The notes: a model not told the origin generated them from the letters alone. Shown: positions 1 to 15,373, counted from the stretch's first letter. The stretch: 64,000 nt of DNA from the human T2T-CHM13v2.0 reference genome, Homo sapiens (GCF_009914755.1 NC_060934.1); one strand, 5' to 3'. Translations and numbers: made by a program.

Positions 1-89
1 ATCATGTCAACATTCAAAAATATTAAATCAATTATAAATATTATAAATTATAAATTTTTAAAATGACTTATGTCCTTCCTGGTGCATTC

Positions 90-1130
90 TTTAAGTTTGA
101 TTTACGATTCTTTTTATATAGCTTCTTGAGGTCACTGATTGTCAGTTTTTCTTCTTTTCTAATATAGCATTTCAGGTTATAATGTTCCCTCTGAGCACTC
201 TTTAGTTTCATGCCATAAATTTCGATAGGTCATATATTCTTTGCCATTTAGTTCAAAATATTAATTCTTATTGTGATTTATTCTTTGATTATGAACTATT
301 TAGAAGTGTGTTGTTTAATGTCTAGGTACTAGATATTTTCCAGTTACTTTTTTATTACCGATTCCTAGTTTAATTCCGTTGTGGACAGAGAACATACTTT
401 AAATCATGTCAGCCCTTTGGTTTCTCTTGAGGTTTCATTTGTGGCTCAGTATATGGTCAACTTTGGCAAATATTCTATGTGCACTTGAAAACAATATCGG
501 CTCTGTAATTGTTGGATGCAATGTTCCATACAAATAATTTTGATCACTCAAAATTGATCACTGCCAATATTAAGATTGGAAAAAAAAATCACAAAATAAT
601 CAGATTTTGATTACTAGTTTCTCTTTATTGACTTATTAGTTATACACTCACAATATTCTTTTCATAATTCTCTTAAGATTACAATATGCATCCTTGATTA
701 CTACAATCTAATTCAAATGATAATTTCTACTACTTCCATGGTAATGCCAGAACTTCACAACACTTCAAGTCCATTTACCCCTCCAGCTTTTGCATTATTT
801 TGGAATTCATTTCCAATTCCATGTGTATTTTAAATTTTATAAAATATTCCTACTACTGTTGTGTGTAGTTAATGATTATAAACCTACTCATTTATCCTTT
901 CTGGTATGCTTCATTAATTTTGCATTTCCACGTTTCCATCTGAGATCATTTTCTTTCTGCTTGAAGAGCGCCTTTGCTATTTCTTTTAAACCAAGTATGC
1001 TGATAGTACGCTTTTTCAGTTTTTGTTGTCTGAATATGGCTTCTTCATTTCATCATTTTTGAATGATATTTTTGTTGGGAATTCTAGATTGATGTTTATT
1101 TTCTTTCAGCACTTAAAAATTTTGATTTTA
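90..1130 (-). mobile_element. Old L1M (LINE-1) fragment
   Basis: T-rich sequence with antisense L1-like segments (e.g. ATTCTATGTGCACTTGAAAA); highly diverged. Confidence 0.6.
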
Positions 1131-1407
1131 TTGGCTTGTGAGGCATTGCTTTTCTGTATAAACACACACATGTTGAAACTACTGTTGTGGCATTGAGTAA
1201 ACGTGCAATAAGAGTATGAGTAGAAAAATGAGTGTCAGCCATTTTAGCTTGAATCCAGCTTTGTTGTTTACTAACTACATAAGCTTGGCAAGCTACCTAG
1301 TCTTTGAAAATAATAAAGTTATCTACATGGAGATTATATATTAATGTATGAATTGAGAGATGTTATAGTATACTGGTTAATACCCCAGGCTTTGACATTA
1401 AGAAGGC

Positions 1408-1769
1408 TGTATTAGTCCATTCTCACATTGCTATAAAGATCCTACCCGAGACTAGGTAATTTTTAAAGGAAAGATGTTTAGTTGGCTCACAGTTCTGCAT
1501 GGCTGGGGAGGCATCAAGAAACTTACAATCATGGTGGAAAGCAAAGGGGAACAAGGCACATCTTACGTGGCGGCAGGAGACAGAGAGAGAGTACAGGAGA
1601 AACTGCCACTTATGAAACCATCAGATTTCATGACAACTCACTATCATGAGAACAGCATGGGGGAAACTGCCCCCATGATCCAGTCACCTCCCACCACGTC
1701 CCTCCCCTACACGTAGGGATTACAATTCAAGATGAGATTTGGGCAGGGACACAGAGCCAAACCATATCA
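1408..1769 (-). mobile_element. THE1C/D-type MaLR solo LTR inserted in a MIR
   Basis: TGTATTAGTCC...CCAAACCATATCA; near-TSD AAGGC/AAGAC; MIR-like sequence on both flanks. Confidence 0.85.
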
Positions 1770-3193
1770 AAGACCAAACTGAAATTCTAGTTCTTCCACT
1801 TACTAGCTGCAACCCATGTGATAGCAGCGTGTCTACTGAGCCCCAGCTGTAAGATAAGGTAACAACTCTACCTCCTTGTATAGTGAGTAGGGATTGAATG
1901 GGGTAATGCAAGTAGTCTGAGCACAGTGCCTGGCACGTAGTAACTGTTCCATAAATATGAGCTGTTAATAAGAACACAGAAATTATACACTGTCAGATGC
2001 CATACCAACATACAGGATTACTATTAAAGTTGAACTGGGACATAATTCAGATGCTCCCTCCAAACACTTCCAGGGTGTGGATCTTCACATTTACCCCTTT
2101 GTGCCCTAGTAATGGAAATGTTCTGTCATTGCCATAAGGAAATTAATAATTAATTAAATCTTCATTAAAATAATGCAGGCTGATAATCCAGGGTGATAGA
2201 AGAGATACTTGCCCATCTGTATGATGTTGTGGGAGGACTGAATTGTGTCTTAAAGCTCTACCTACATGAAAAGGTTAAAGCATTATGAGATGTGTGGTTA
2301 AGTCCTGCTCCTCTCCCTGCAGCTACTAGCTTCTGGGAATACAAAGGTAACTTATACAACATTCCTTTACTCAAGGTTTTTACAGGTTGATGATGAAGAC
2401 AAGGAAGTAATCTGGAAATTTCAAGAGAGTGTGATCAAGTGCTGTGATGAGACAAGTACAGCAAGTCGTGGGAGGGCAGAGGAAGTCTGCGTGGCTTAGA
2501 TGGAAAAGGAGGAGGGGCAGGTTCGTGAATGAACATAGTCCTGATCTAACATAAAAGCTGATTATGTTATTCTTTTGTGACAGGCAAATCCATTGTTATT
2601 AAAGAGGCTCAGAAGACTGAAGCTATAATGTCACTGTTTCCTGGTCTTCTAATCTTCAGGGAAAGTTTAAAAACCATGGCACTGTTGTGGCTTTTTTCCA
2701 CTTTCCTCAAATAGATTATTCCACATCACAAAACCACTTTGACATTTAATTCTCTGCAACTGGAGGTTACGAACTCCAAGCAATGTAGTCCAAATAAAGA
2801 AAGGTTTGTGTCAAAGATTTCTTGACTGCGGAATGAGGAGAGGCTTCTATGGGCTGCAGCCATCTCCCTCACTTAAAAAATTTTAAAACAAAACAAAATA
2901 CCTTTGTATGATATTACCACATTGCCCTCCAATCCAGCCTTCCTTCAAATCAGAAAAAACAGAGGAGGCAGGCCATAATAGAAAAAGCTGGAATATATTT
3001 AGACATTTTACTATATGATGCTAATATGGTTTAATTAAAAACAAAGAATACCTATCATTAACAAAAGGAAAGATTAATTGCTTATAGAGCCTTCTACTAG
3101 TGTACAACTAGTTTCTGGTGACATCAAAACAAATGCTTAAAACCATCAGTGGGTTTGTGAGCAAGTAAAGAAACTCTCCAATTGGGCAAACAA

Positions 3194-3226
<33 letters not shown>

Positions 3227-3227
3227 C
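3194..3227 (+). repeat. (AAC)n microsatellite
   Basis: About 11 AAC units. Confidence 0.95.
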
Positions 3228-3731
3228 CAGCTGTTAGCTGAAAAAAAGAATAGTGAGTAATGCACAAACACAAAAGCCAGGGTCGCCCCAGGGAAAATGC
3301 ATCTAACAGTGCCAGGATCAGAGTACTAAGCCTGAGGACCATCGAAAGCTAGGGAAGCTGAACTTGAGACTTTTCCAGGACTCTCAAAAGTGGCTAAAAG
3401 ATCTCAGCACAGTGGTATCCACTGGTTCCTAACAGAAGCACACATGAATCCCCTCAAAAGAAAAGAATCTTCAACATAGGCTCTTGGAGGTTTCAGCAGG
3501 TACAATTAAGTAATTACTGAGTCAAGAACAATTATTTATACAATTTTTAAAAAATCATTAAACCCATAAGAAAATATTCTCCATGAGAAAAAGGCAGCAT
3601 AAACAAAAAGCAACAAACCTAGGTCCCAAAGAACTTCTGATTTTGTAATTATCACATTTTTAAGTTTTCCTTTAGCAAAGATTTATATAGTACCTAGCAC
3701 ATCAGATGCCTTTGGAAGCACTTCACAAATA

Positions 3732-4320
3732 CTGTAATCCCCCCTTATCCATGGTTTCCTTTTCTACAGACTGTAGTAACTTTAAGTCTGAAAATATTAA
3801 ATGGAAAATTCCAGAAACGAACAATTCACAAGTTTTAAATTGCACCATTTTGAGTAGCATGGTGAAATAGCACAGCATCCTACATCATCCTGCTCAGGAC
3901 GTGAATCACCCCTTTGTCTAGCACATCCATGCTGTAGAGGCTTCCTGCCCATTAGTCACTTAGTGGCCTTCTCAGTTATCAGATCGACTGACATGATATG
4001 GCAGTGCTTATAACCTTTATTTTATTTAAGAACGGCCCCAAAGTGCAAGAAGTAGGGATGCTGGCAATTCAGACATATGAAAGAGAAGCCATAAAGTGTT
4101 TCCTTTAAATGAAACGGTGATTCTCAACTTAATAATGAAAGAAGAAAAAATAGGGTATGCTAAGATTGCTAAGATCTATAGTAAGAACCAATCTGCTGTC
4201 AGTGAAATTGTGAAGAACAAAAAAGAAATTGATGCTGGTTTTGCTGTTGCACCTCAAACTGCAAAAGTTAGTCATAGTGCATGATAAGTACTTAGTGAAG
4301 ATAGAAAAGGCAGTAATTTG
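3732..4320 (+). mobile_element. MER44/Tigger7 DNA transposon fragment
   Basis: TIR-like CTGTAATCCCCCCTTATCC; ORF 4096-4284 resembles the N-terminal HTH of a Tigger/CENP-B-like transposase; homologous to 45189-45781. Confidence 0.8.
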
Positions 4321-4344
4321 TGTTTGTTATGTGCCAGGTCCCAC

Positions 4345-4455
4345 TCTAAGATATATAAATAGATATAAATACACTCATGTAAATAGATATAGATACACTC
4401 ACATATATACATATATAGATATAGATAACATACACACACACATACATATACATAA
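4345..4455. repeat. TA/CA-rich low-complexity repeat
   Basis: Degenerate ATATAG/ACAC runs. Confidence 0.85.
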
Positions 4456-4639
4456 ATTGACTTAAGTATCACTACAATGCTATGAGGTAGGTATTATTAT
4501 CTCCATTTTACAGATGAAGAACCTGAGACACATAGGTATCCTATGTGTTAAGTTAAGGAAGTATAAGTTAAGGAAGTATTAACTTATTAAAAATTAATAA
4601 GATATTTCTTTCAATTTTGCTTAGTATACTTGGTAAAAT

Positions 4640-7280
4640 TCCAGGAGTAAAAACTGAAATAACAGAGTGTTTTATGCAAAATCAGCATAATGGAAAAACC
4701 AAGCAAGGTGGGAAAACTCAGATTATATAAAAGAAAACTAAAAAGAATAACAGAGAGAAAGCAGAAATAAATCAAATTATAAAAGCTATCACCACAAATA
4801 TAAATAGATTAGTTAATAGATCATTAAGTTGGATTAAAAATTACAAATATACTGTTCATAGGAAACAGACCCAAAATGTAAGAAAGTTGAAATTAATGGA
4901 AGAACTATCCATAAAAGCAAATACTAAAAGAAAACTAAGGTAGCTATAATAATAACAGACAAAATATATTTTAAGACTAAAAGCATTATTAGAGATAAAG
5001 ACAGTCATTACATTATTATAAAAGATTCAGTTTGCCAGGAATAAAATAACAATTTTAGATTGTATGTACCTAACACAGGAGCTCCAAAAATATAAGCAAA
5101 AAGTAAAATAAAATAAAAATCAGTATAAGTAAAAACTGACAAATCCATCAGCATAGAAGAGTACTAATATTCCTCTCTCAATTATTATTTTAAAAAGGCA
5201 ACAAAAATAGCAAAAATATACAAGATTTTAATAAAATAAAAACCTTTATGTAATGAATATACATAGAACTCAGAACACAAAAGTTAGAGAATATTCATTT
5301 CTTAAGCATACATACAACATTTATCAAACTATGTAATTATCCATAAAGGTAAAAACATTTCTAAAATAGAATTAATAAGAGAGTTCAGCAAGATGGCTGG
5401 ACATAAGCCAATACACAAAAAATTAATTACATTTCTATACACCAGCTGCCAAAAATAAGGTACTTACACTTACAAATAAAATAAAGATGTGCAAGATATT
5501 TATGGAGGAAACTTTAAATTTTTATTGAATAACATTTTAAAAGACATACATAAGTGGGGATCTATACCATGTTCATTGATAGGAAGAAACTGGAAATGTG
5601 TCAATTCTTTCCAAAAATCTCAATTGCATTTTCAAGAAACTTCACAAACTGATTCTAAAATGTATAGGAAAGAATAAAGCCCAAAATAGCCAAGATACTT
5701 TATGAGAAAAAGAAACAGTAGAGTATTGTCCTATCAAGATATTGAAGCTTATTATTATAAAGCTTTAAGACACTGTGATAATGGTGTATGAATAGACAAA
5801 TTTATAAATGTAAGAGAATTGAGAGCCCAGAAACAGACCCATGCATATATAAAACCTGAAAGAGATCTCTAGCATATCGATTTTAAATAAATGAACTATT
5901 AAATAAATGATCTCAAGGTAACTGAATATTAATATAGAAAAAAACTAAAACTGGACCCTATACCTAACATTTTTCACAAAATCATTTTTTTGTTTTTTTC
6001 TTTTTTCTTTTTTTTTTTATTATAATTTAAGTTCTAGGGTACATGTGCACAACATGCAGGTTTGTTATATATGTATACATGTGCCATGTTGGTGTGCTGC
6101 ACCCATTAACTCGTCATTTACATTAGGTATATCTCCTAATGCTATCCCTCCCGCCTCCCCTCACCCCACGACAGGCCCTGGTGTGTGATGTTCTGCTTCC
6201 TGTGTCCAAGTGTTCTCATTGTTCAATTCCCACCTATGAGTGAGAACATGTGGTGTTTGGTTTTTTGTCCTTGCAATAGTTTGCAGAGAATGATGCTGAC
6301 TGGATTAGCTACTTAAATATGACAAGCGAAACTTAAAACTTAAAAAACCTGAATAACAAATAGAAGAATAAGTTCATAACCATGGAGTATGGAAGAAATT
6401 TATATATAAAACACAACCAGCCAAATCATAAAAGACAAATAAACTGAAGTACATTAAAATTTAAAACTTTTGCTTATTAAAAAACATCATCAAGAAAGCA
6501 GTAAAAGAAATTCTAAGCTGAGAGAATCTATTTTGAGCATATTTAGCTGACAATAGATTAATATTGAGAATATATTTTTAAAATTCTGTAAATCAATGAG
6601 ACAAAGAAAAAGCACACAATGTAAATGGAGAAACATGACAAATATTTCATAGCAAAGGTAACCAAACGGCAAATAAACATAGGAAAGGAAGTTCAACCCT
6701 GTTAGTGGTTACGGAAATGCAAGTTTCTCTAAGGACATCAGTGAAAGATAATGCTTTACACCTTTTACATTGAAAAGTAAGAATAGCAATGCCAAATGTT
6801 GGTAAAAATGTTTCACAATAAAAACCTTAAAGAAGACTATGACAATCAACTTAGACAGCAAATGTCATTGTCCTGTTAAACTACCATTTGCATACCTTCC
6901 AACCCAGCATTATATTCCTATGTATATATCATGGGGACTGCTTTGTACACATGATCCAGGAGACATATACAAGAATGCTAATAGCAGCATTATTCTTAAG
7001 AGAAAATTGCAATAATGACAACAGCAACAATAAAAAATCAAAAAGAGGACAATCTAATCTTCATCAAAGAATAGATAAATTGCGGTATACCTGCAAGGTT
7101 AAATAGCATTACAAATATATGAACTAAACCCACAGGTAACAACATGGATGATCCTGTGAAGCATAATGTTGAGTGGAAAAAGACAATTCCAAAAGCTACA
7201 TTCAGTATAAAATCATTTTTATAAAGCCTGAACCAAGAAAAATATTTTTTTCATATGTAATACATATGTGACAAGAGTAG
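4640..7280 (+). mobile_element. Old L1M(E/D-like) ORF2 and 3' region
   Basis: A-rich with L1 ORF2 hallmarks (GAGAGCCCAGAAACAGACCC, AATAGCCAAG); interrupted by an L1PA 3' end. Confidence 0.75.
5985..6295 (-). mobile_element. L1PA (primate L1) 5'-truncated 3' end
   Basis: Poly-T followed by ATTATAATTTAAGTTCTAGGGTACATGTGCACAAC, the canonical antisense L1PA 3' UTR. Confidence 0.92.
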
Positions 7281-7417
7281 TTTTTAAAGGTAGGAGATTA
7301 ATTGGTCCCCGATAAGGAGAATGATTCCACTTCTGGGAAGAAGCAGGGGAATCTGGAAAAGGCACAGAGATTATTTCCATCAATCAGAGACTACACTAAC
7401 AGGACAATATTCTAGCC

Positions 7418-7762
7418 CCGGGGTCCCCAACCCCTGGACCATGAACCAGTACTGGTCTGTTGCCTGTTAGGAACTGGGCCACACAGCAGAAGGTGAGTGA
7501 GCATTACCAACTGAGCTCGACCTACTGTCAGATCAGCGGTGGCATTAGGGCATTAGATTCTCACAGGAGCATGAACCCTATTGTGAACTGTGCCCATGAG
7601 GGATCTAGGTTGCATGCTCCTTATGAGAATCTAATGCGTGATGATCTGAAGTGGAACAGTTTCATCCTAAAACCACCCCTTCCCCATCCCCCATCCCCAC
7701 CATCTGTATAAAAACTCTTCCATGAAACCGGTCCCTGGTGCCAAAAAGGTTGGGGACTGCTG
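7418..7762 (+). mobile_element. MER1B (hAT-Charlie)
   Basis: Terminal inverted repeats GGGGTCCCCAACC / GGTTGGGGACTGCTG; perfect 8-bp TSD TTCTAGCC. Confidence 0.9.
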
Positions 7763-8965
7763 TTCTAGCCCTTTAGTTGCATGGCAGGTTCATGAGCATT
7801 GGTTTTATTGTAACGCTTAATACCTTACACATATATTATATCCATTCTTTTGTATCCATCAAATATTACATAATGATAAAGCTAAAATATATTTATTTGA
7901 ATGTTGTACAATAGGCCTACATACAGGAAAACGCCACAACTACCTTTTGTGAAACAGACGTGTGTAAAGATGCCACATTCATCTCTTAAAGATGTTTTAT
8001 AAGTAAAAAAAATAAGATCTTTGCTCTTGATTTCTTTAGGTATAATTTCTTCTTTCCTTGAAAGAGCAACTGTATTAACATTTTCTAATAACAATTCATC
8101 TGGCACTTCAGTTTGCAAAATGCTTCCATACACATGATCTTACTTTGTCTAAGAAGAAGCCAAGTTCATCATCAAGGATGTGGTAATTCACTAGGTTGGT
8201 AGAAAGAAAGGATCAGATCACTTGTTTCCTATTTCTCCATACCTGGATGCTCTGTTCCCCTATTCTTTGGTCTTCATCATGCTTCTCTTTTCCCTAGGTC
8301 CTAGGTATAGGATTTCAGTGTTCTCAGATCAATTGCCAACCTTTAGGGGTCCTTAAGCAAGTTATCTGGAGCTGCACATGATGCGTAGTAATTGTTCTTG
8401 GTTAAAAATTCTTACATCTTAAACCTAAAATTAGCACTTCTCCATCACTTGCATATAATCTCCCTTTCTCAAAACACAGAGGCCACATAATCAATCAGAA
8501 TTTAAGAAATTGAACATTGAAAGCATAAACTAAACATGAAATCTAGATCTTAGTGAATTTTTCTAATGACTGTAATGTCAGTTGTCTTCAATAATTAGAG
8601 ATGAGACTTTTGGAAGATGTGCCATACATGGTGGTGCCCAACAGATATCATAATCTGCGTTAATTATGTCTACCTGGAAACATTGTTTTGTGTGCTTAGC
8701 TCTATTGTGGGAGTTATTTTTCCACTTAGACCCTTGTACCTGATCACCTTTGGAGCAGATGTGTTGTGCAGCATGACTGTGTACCTTGGCCACAGTGGAA
8801 TACCTAAAGGTGCACCTGACAGAAACTAGGCCAATCACAGTACCTTGATAATGTGATCACAGTTGATTGGCCTACACTAGACACCTGATCCAATACATTC
8901 TTTTCTGGGATTTTGGATTTGAGACTAAGTGGTAGCTGCAGTTATCAGTCTTGACCATTGGGTGC

Positions 8966-9411
8966 TATGATGGTTAATACTGAGTGTCAACTTGATCGGC
9001 TTGAAGGATGCAAAGTATTGATCCTGGGCATGTCTGTGAGGGTATTGCCAAAGGAGATTAACATCTGAGTCAGTAGGCTTGGAAAGACAGACCCACCCTT
9101 AATCTGGATGGGCACCGTCTAATCAGGGGCCAATGCAGCTAGAATATAAAGCAGGCAGAAAAATGTGAAAAGACCAGACTGGCCTAGCCTCCCAGCCTAC
9201 ATCTTTCTACTGTGCTGGATGCTTCCTGCCCTCGAATATCAGACTCCAAGTTCTTCAGTTTTGGGACTCAGACTGGCTTTCCTTGATCCTCAGCTTGCAG
9301 ACGGCCTATTGTGGGACACTGTGATCATGTGAGTTAATACTTAATAAACTCCCCTTTATATATCTCTCTATCCTATTAGTTCTGTCCCTCTAGAGAACCC
9401 TGACTAATACA
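8966..9411 (+). mobile_element. 5' LTR (MLT2A1/MLT2A-type)
   Basis: T(A)TGATGGTTAATACTGAGTGTCAAC...GAGAACCCTGACTAATACA, with TATAAA and AATAAA inside. Confidence 0.9.
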
Positions 9412-9416
9412 GATTT

Positions 9417-9434
9417 TGGTACTAGGAGTGGTTC
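9417..9434 (+). promoter_or_regulatory. Primer binding site (tRNA-Leu type)
   Basis: TGGTACTAGGAGTGGTTC a few bases after the 5' LTR, close to the HERV-L PBS as recalled (TGGTACCAGGAGTGGTTC). Confidence 0.75.
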
Positions 9435-9479
9435 TAGAGGAGCAGAATATTAACGATGGAGTTCTTTCATTGGTTTGGG

Positions 9480-11090
<1,611 letters not shown>

Positions 11091-12963
11091 CCTGGATTCA
11101 TCCTGTGGTCACTTCCCCAGTGCCAGAATGCATAATTGGCATAGACATACTTAGAAGCTGGCAGAACCCCCACATTGGCTCCCTGGCTGGTAGGGTGAGG
11201 GCTATTATGGTGAGAAAGGCCAAATGGAAGCCTTTAGAGCTGCCTCTACCTAGAAAAATAATAAATCAAAAACAGTATCGCATTCCTGGAGGGATTGCAG
11301 AGATTAGTGCCGCCATCAAGGGCTTGAAAGGTAGTGATTTCCACCACATCCCCATTCAACTCTCCCATTTGGCCTGTGCAGAAGACAGATGGATCTTGGG
11401 GAATGACAGTGGATTATCATAAGCTTAACCAAGTGGTGACTCCAATTGCAGCTGCTGTACCAGATGTGGTTTCATTCCTTGAGCAAATTAACACATCTCC
11501 TGGCAACTGGTATGCAGCCATTGACTTGGCAAATGCCTTTTTCTCCATTCCTGTCCATAAGGCCCACCAGAAGCAATTTGTCTTCAGCTGGCAAGGCCAG
11601 CAATATACCTTTACTGTCCTACATCAGGGGTATATTAACTCTCCGGCTTTGTATCATAATCTTATTTGGAGAGATCTTGATCGCTTTTCACTTCCACAAG
11701 ATATCACATTGATCCATTACATTGATGACATGACACTGATTGGATCCAGTGAGCAAGACGTAGCAAACACACTGGACTTATTGGTGAGACATTTGCTTGC
11801 CAGAGGATAGGGAATAAATTCGACTAAAATTCAGGGAACTTCTACCTCAGAAAAATTTCTAGGGGTCCAGTGGTGTGGGACCTGTCAAGGTATTCCTTCT
11901 AAGGTAAAGGATAAGTTGCTGCATTTGGCCCCTCCTACAACCAAGAAAGAGGCACAATGCCTAGTGGGCCTATCTGAATTTTGGAAGCAACACATTCCTC
12001 ATTTGGGTGTGTTACTCCAGCCCATGTATTGAATGACCCAAAAGGCTGCCATTTTTTAGTGGGATCCAGAACAGGAGAAGGCTCTGCAACAGGTCTAGGC
12101 TGCTGGGAAAGCTGCTGTGCCACTTGGGCCATATGACCCAGCAGATCCAATGGTGCTTGAGGTGTCAGCGGAAGATAGGGATGCTGTCTGGAGCCTTTGG
12201 CAGGCCCTCATAAGTAAATCACAGCAGAGGCCTCTAGGATTTTGGAGCAAGGCCCTGCCATCTTCTGCAAATAATGACTCTCCTTTTGAGAGACAGCACT
12301 TGGCCTGTTACTGGGCTTTGGTGTAAACTGAACATTTGTCTATGGGTCATCAAGTCACCATGCGACCTCAACTGTCTATCATGAACTAGGTGCTTTCTGA
12401 CCCATCTAGTCATAAAGTGGGTCATCCATAGCAGCATTCATCATCAAATAGAAGTGGTATATACGTAATTGGGCTTGGGCAGCTCCTAAAGACACAAGTA
12501 AGTTACATGAGGAAGTGGCTCAAATGCCCGTGGTCTCCACTCCTGCCACCCTGCCTTCTCTCCCCCAGACTGCATCGATAGCCTCATGGGGAGTTCCCTA
12601 TCATCAGTTAACAGAGGAAGAGAAGACTTGGGCCTGGTTCCCAGATGGTTTTGGATGATATGCAGGCACCACCCGAAAGTAGACAGCTACAGCACGACAG
12701 CACCTTTCTAGGACATCCCTGAAGGACAGCACTGAAGGGAAATCTTCCCAGTGGGCAGAACTTTAAGCAGTGCACCTGGTTGTGCACTTTGCCTGTAAGG
12801 AGAAATGGCCAGGTGTGCAATTACATACTGATACATGGGCTGTAGCCAATGGTTTGGCTGGATGGTCAGGGACTTGAAAGAAGCATGATTAGAAAGTTGG
12901 TGAAGAGAGGAAGAAATTTCGGGAGGAGGTATGTGGATGGACCTCTCTGAGTAGTCAAAAACT
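11091..12963 (+). pseudogene. HERV-L pol remnant: protease C-terminus, reverse transcriptase, RNase H
   Basis: [33 protein letters not shown](H)QGYINSP and YIDD motifs (ORF 11334-11810); many in-frame stops downstream. Confidence 0.9.
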
Positions 12964-14124
12964 GTGAAGATATTTGTATCCTATGTGAGTGTTCACCAAC
13001 AGGTGACCTCAGCAGAGGAGGATTTTAATAATCAAGTGGATAGGATGACCCATTCTGTGGACATCACTCAGCATCTTTCCCCAGCCACCCCTGTAATCGC
13101 CCAATGGGCCCGTGAACAAAGTAGCCATGGGGGCAGGGATGGAGGTTACGCATGGGCTCAGCAACATGTACTCCCACTCACCAAGGCTGACCTGGCTATG
13201 GCCACTGCTGAGTACCCAATTTGCCAGCAGCAGAGACCAACACTAAGCCCTCAATATGGCACCATTCCTCAGGGTGATCAGCCAGCTACCAGGCAGCAGG
13301 TTGATTATATTGGACCTCTTTCATCATGGAAAGGGCAGAGGTTCGTCCTCACTGGAGTACATGCTTATTGTGGATATGGGTTTGCCTATCCTGCACGCAA
13401 TGCTTCTGCCAAGACTACCATCTGTGGACTCACGGAATGCCTTATCCACTGTCACGGTATTCTGCACAGCATTGCCTCTGACCAAGGCACTCACTTTACA
13501 GCTAAAGAAGTGTGGCAGTGGGCTCCTGCTCATGGAATTCACTGGTCTTACCATGTTCCCCATCATCCTGAAGCAGTTGGATTGATAGAATGGTGGAATG
13601 GCCTTTTGAAGTCACAGTTACAACGCCAACTCAGTGACAATACTTTGCAGGGCTGGGGCAAAGTTCTCCAGAAGGCCATGTATGCTCTGAATCAGCCTCC
13701 AATATATGGTACTGTTTCTCCCATAGCCAGGATTCACAGGTCCAGGAATCAAGGGGTGGAAGTGGAAGTGGCACCACTCACCATCACCCCTAGTGATCCA
13801 CTAGCAAAATTTTCGCTTCCTGTTCCCACGACATTACGTTCTGCTGGCCTAGAGGTCTTAGCTCCAGAGGGAGGAATGCTGCCACCAGGAGACACAACAA
13901 TTCCATTAAACTGGAAGTTAAAATTGCCACCTAGATGCTTTGGGCTCCTCCTACCTTTAAGTCAACAGGCTAAGAAGGGAGTTACAGTGTTGGCTGGGGT
14001 GATTGACCCAGACTATCAAGATGAAATCAGTCTACCATTCCACAAAGGAAATAAGGGAGAGTATGCATGGACTACGGGAGATCCATTAGGTTGCCTCTTA
14101 ACTGTGTATTACTGTGCCCTGTGA
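12964..14124 (+). pseudogene. HERV-L integrase + dUTPase open frame (386 codons)
   Basis: VDYIGPL...SDQGTHF...GLIE gives D,D(35)E; the dUTPase motif GVIDPDYQDEI follows. The C-terminus continues in a shifted frame (14067-14276). Confidence 0.9.
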
Positions 14125-14652
14125 TTAGGGTCAATGGGAAGCTACAACAGCCCAATCCAGGCAGGACTACAAGTGGGCCAGACCCTTCAGGAATGAAGGT
14201 TTGGGTCACTCCACCAGGAAAAAAACATGACCTGCTGGGGTGCTTGCTGAAGGCAAAGGGAATACAGAATGGGTAATAGAAGAAGGTAGTCATTAATACC
14301 ATCTACGACCATGTGACCAGCTGCAGAAACAAGATTGTAATTATCATGAGTATTTCCTCCTTCTTTTGTTAAAAACATGCTTGTGCATGTTTACACTTGT
14401 ACTAAGAAAATACCTTCATTTTATTTCCTTTTTCCTTTATGATATGACATGAGATTTATTGACTTCATATCAGCATTTAAGTATTGTTAACTTTATGTAA
14501 TAGTATTTGGGCTGGGGATTGGTGCATTTCCGGTTGTACAAAGGATAGTGGTATTATGTTAGCTGTAATTATGACCTCATTATTGTCTTTATTTGAAGAT
14601 TATATATGATATCAGGAGATGTGTATGGGTTCAAATTGACAAGAGATGGGCT

Positions 14653-15098
14653 TGTGATAGCTAATATTGAGTGTCAACTTGATTGGCTTGAAGGATGCAA
14701 AGTATTGATCCTGGGCATGTCTGTGAGGATGTTGCCAAAGGAGATTAACATCTGAGTCAGTGGGCTGGAAAAGGCAGACCCACCCTTAATCTGGGTGGGC
14801 ACCATCTAATGAGCTGCCAGCATGGCTAGAATATAAAGCAGGCAGAAAAACATGAAAAGACCAGACTGGCCTAGCCTCCCAGCCTACATCTTTCTCCTGT
14901 GCTGGATGCTCCCTGCCCTCGAACATCAGACTCCAAGTTCTTCAGTTTTGGGACTCGGACTGGCTTTCCTTGCTCCTCAGCTTGTAGACAGCCCATTGTG
15001 GGACCTTGTGATCATGTGAGTTAATACTTAATAAAGCCCTTTTTTTATATATCTGTATTTTCTTAGTTCTGCCCCTCTAGAGAACCCTGACTAATACA
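14653..15098 (+). mobile_element. 3' LTR (MLT2A1/MLT2A-type)
   Basis: TGTGATAGCTAAT...CTAATACA, about 90% identical to the 5' LTR by eye, preceded by a purine tract (AAGAGATGGG). Confidence 0.9.
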
Positions 15099-15373
15099 GG
15101 TGCTGATGACACTCATCCCACATCATGTGTCTGGAGAAGCAGAGGCCACTCTACAGAGACAGAAGAGTGAGAGAGCAGCACAGAGAAGCTCATAGAAGAG
15201 ACCCTCTGAGAGAGTCCCATCAGAGCTCAGACCCCAGGTTCCAGAGGAAGAGCTTGAGCTCATCTCCATTCCTGCCCCTAAACTCACTGACACACATGTC
15301 TGCTCACTAGTGTCCCACTTTGGGCTTTATGCTTGCTGGACTCTTGTTTTGGCCTATGAAGGCCTCTGAGAGC

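Noticed and set aside
4096-4284. HTH-like ORF as a domesticated transposase
   Set aside because: A short, degenerate piece of MER44/Tigger7 with no catalytic domain.
7882-8133. 83-aa minus-strand ORF as a possible extra CPXM2 exon
   Set aside because: It does not match the expected next CPXM2 peptide (recalled as SDWVTSYKVMVSND...), and no convincing splice sites were seen. The next exon appears to lie outside the window.
14300-14652. Possible env remnant before the 3' LTR
   Set aside because: Only ~350 bp of AT-rich non-coding sequence; ERV-L elements lack env.
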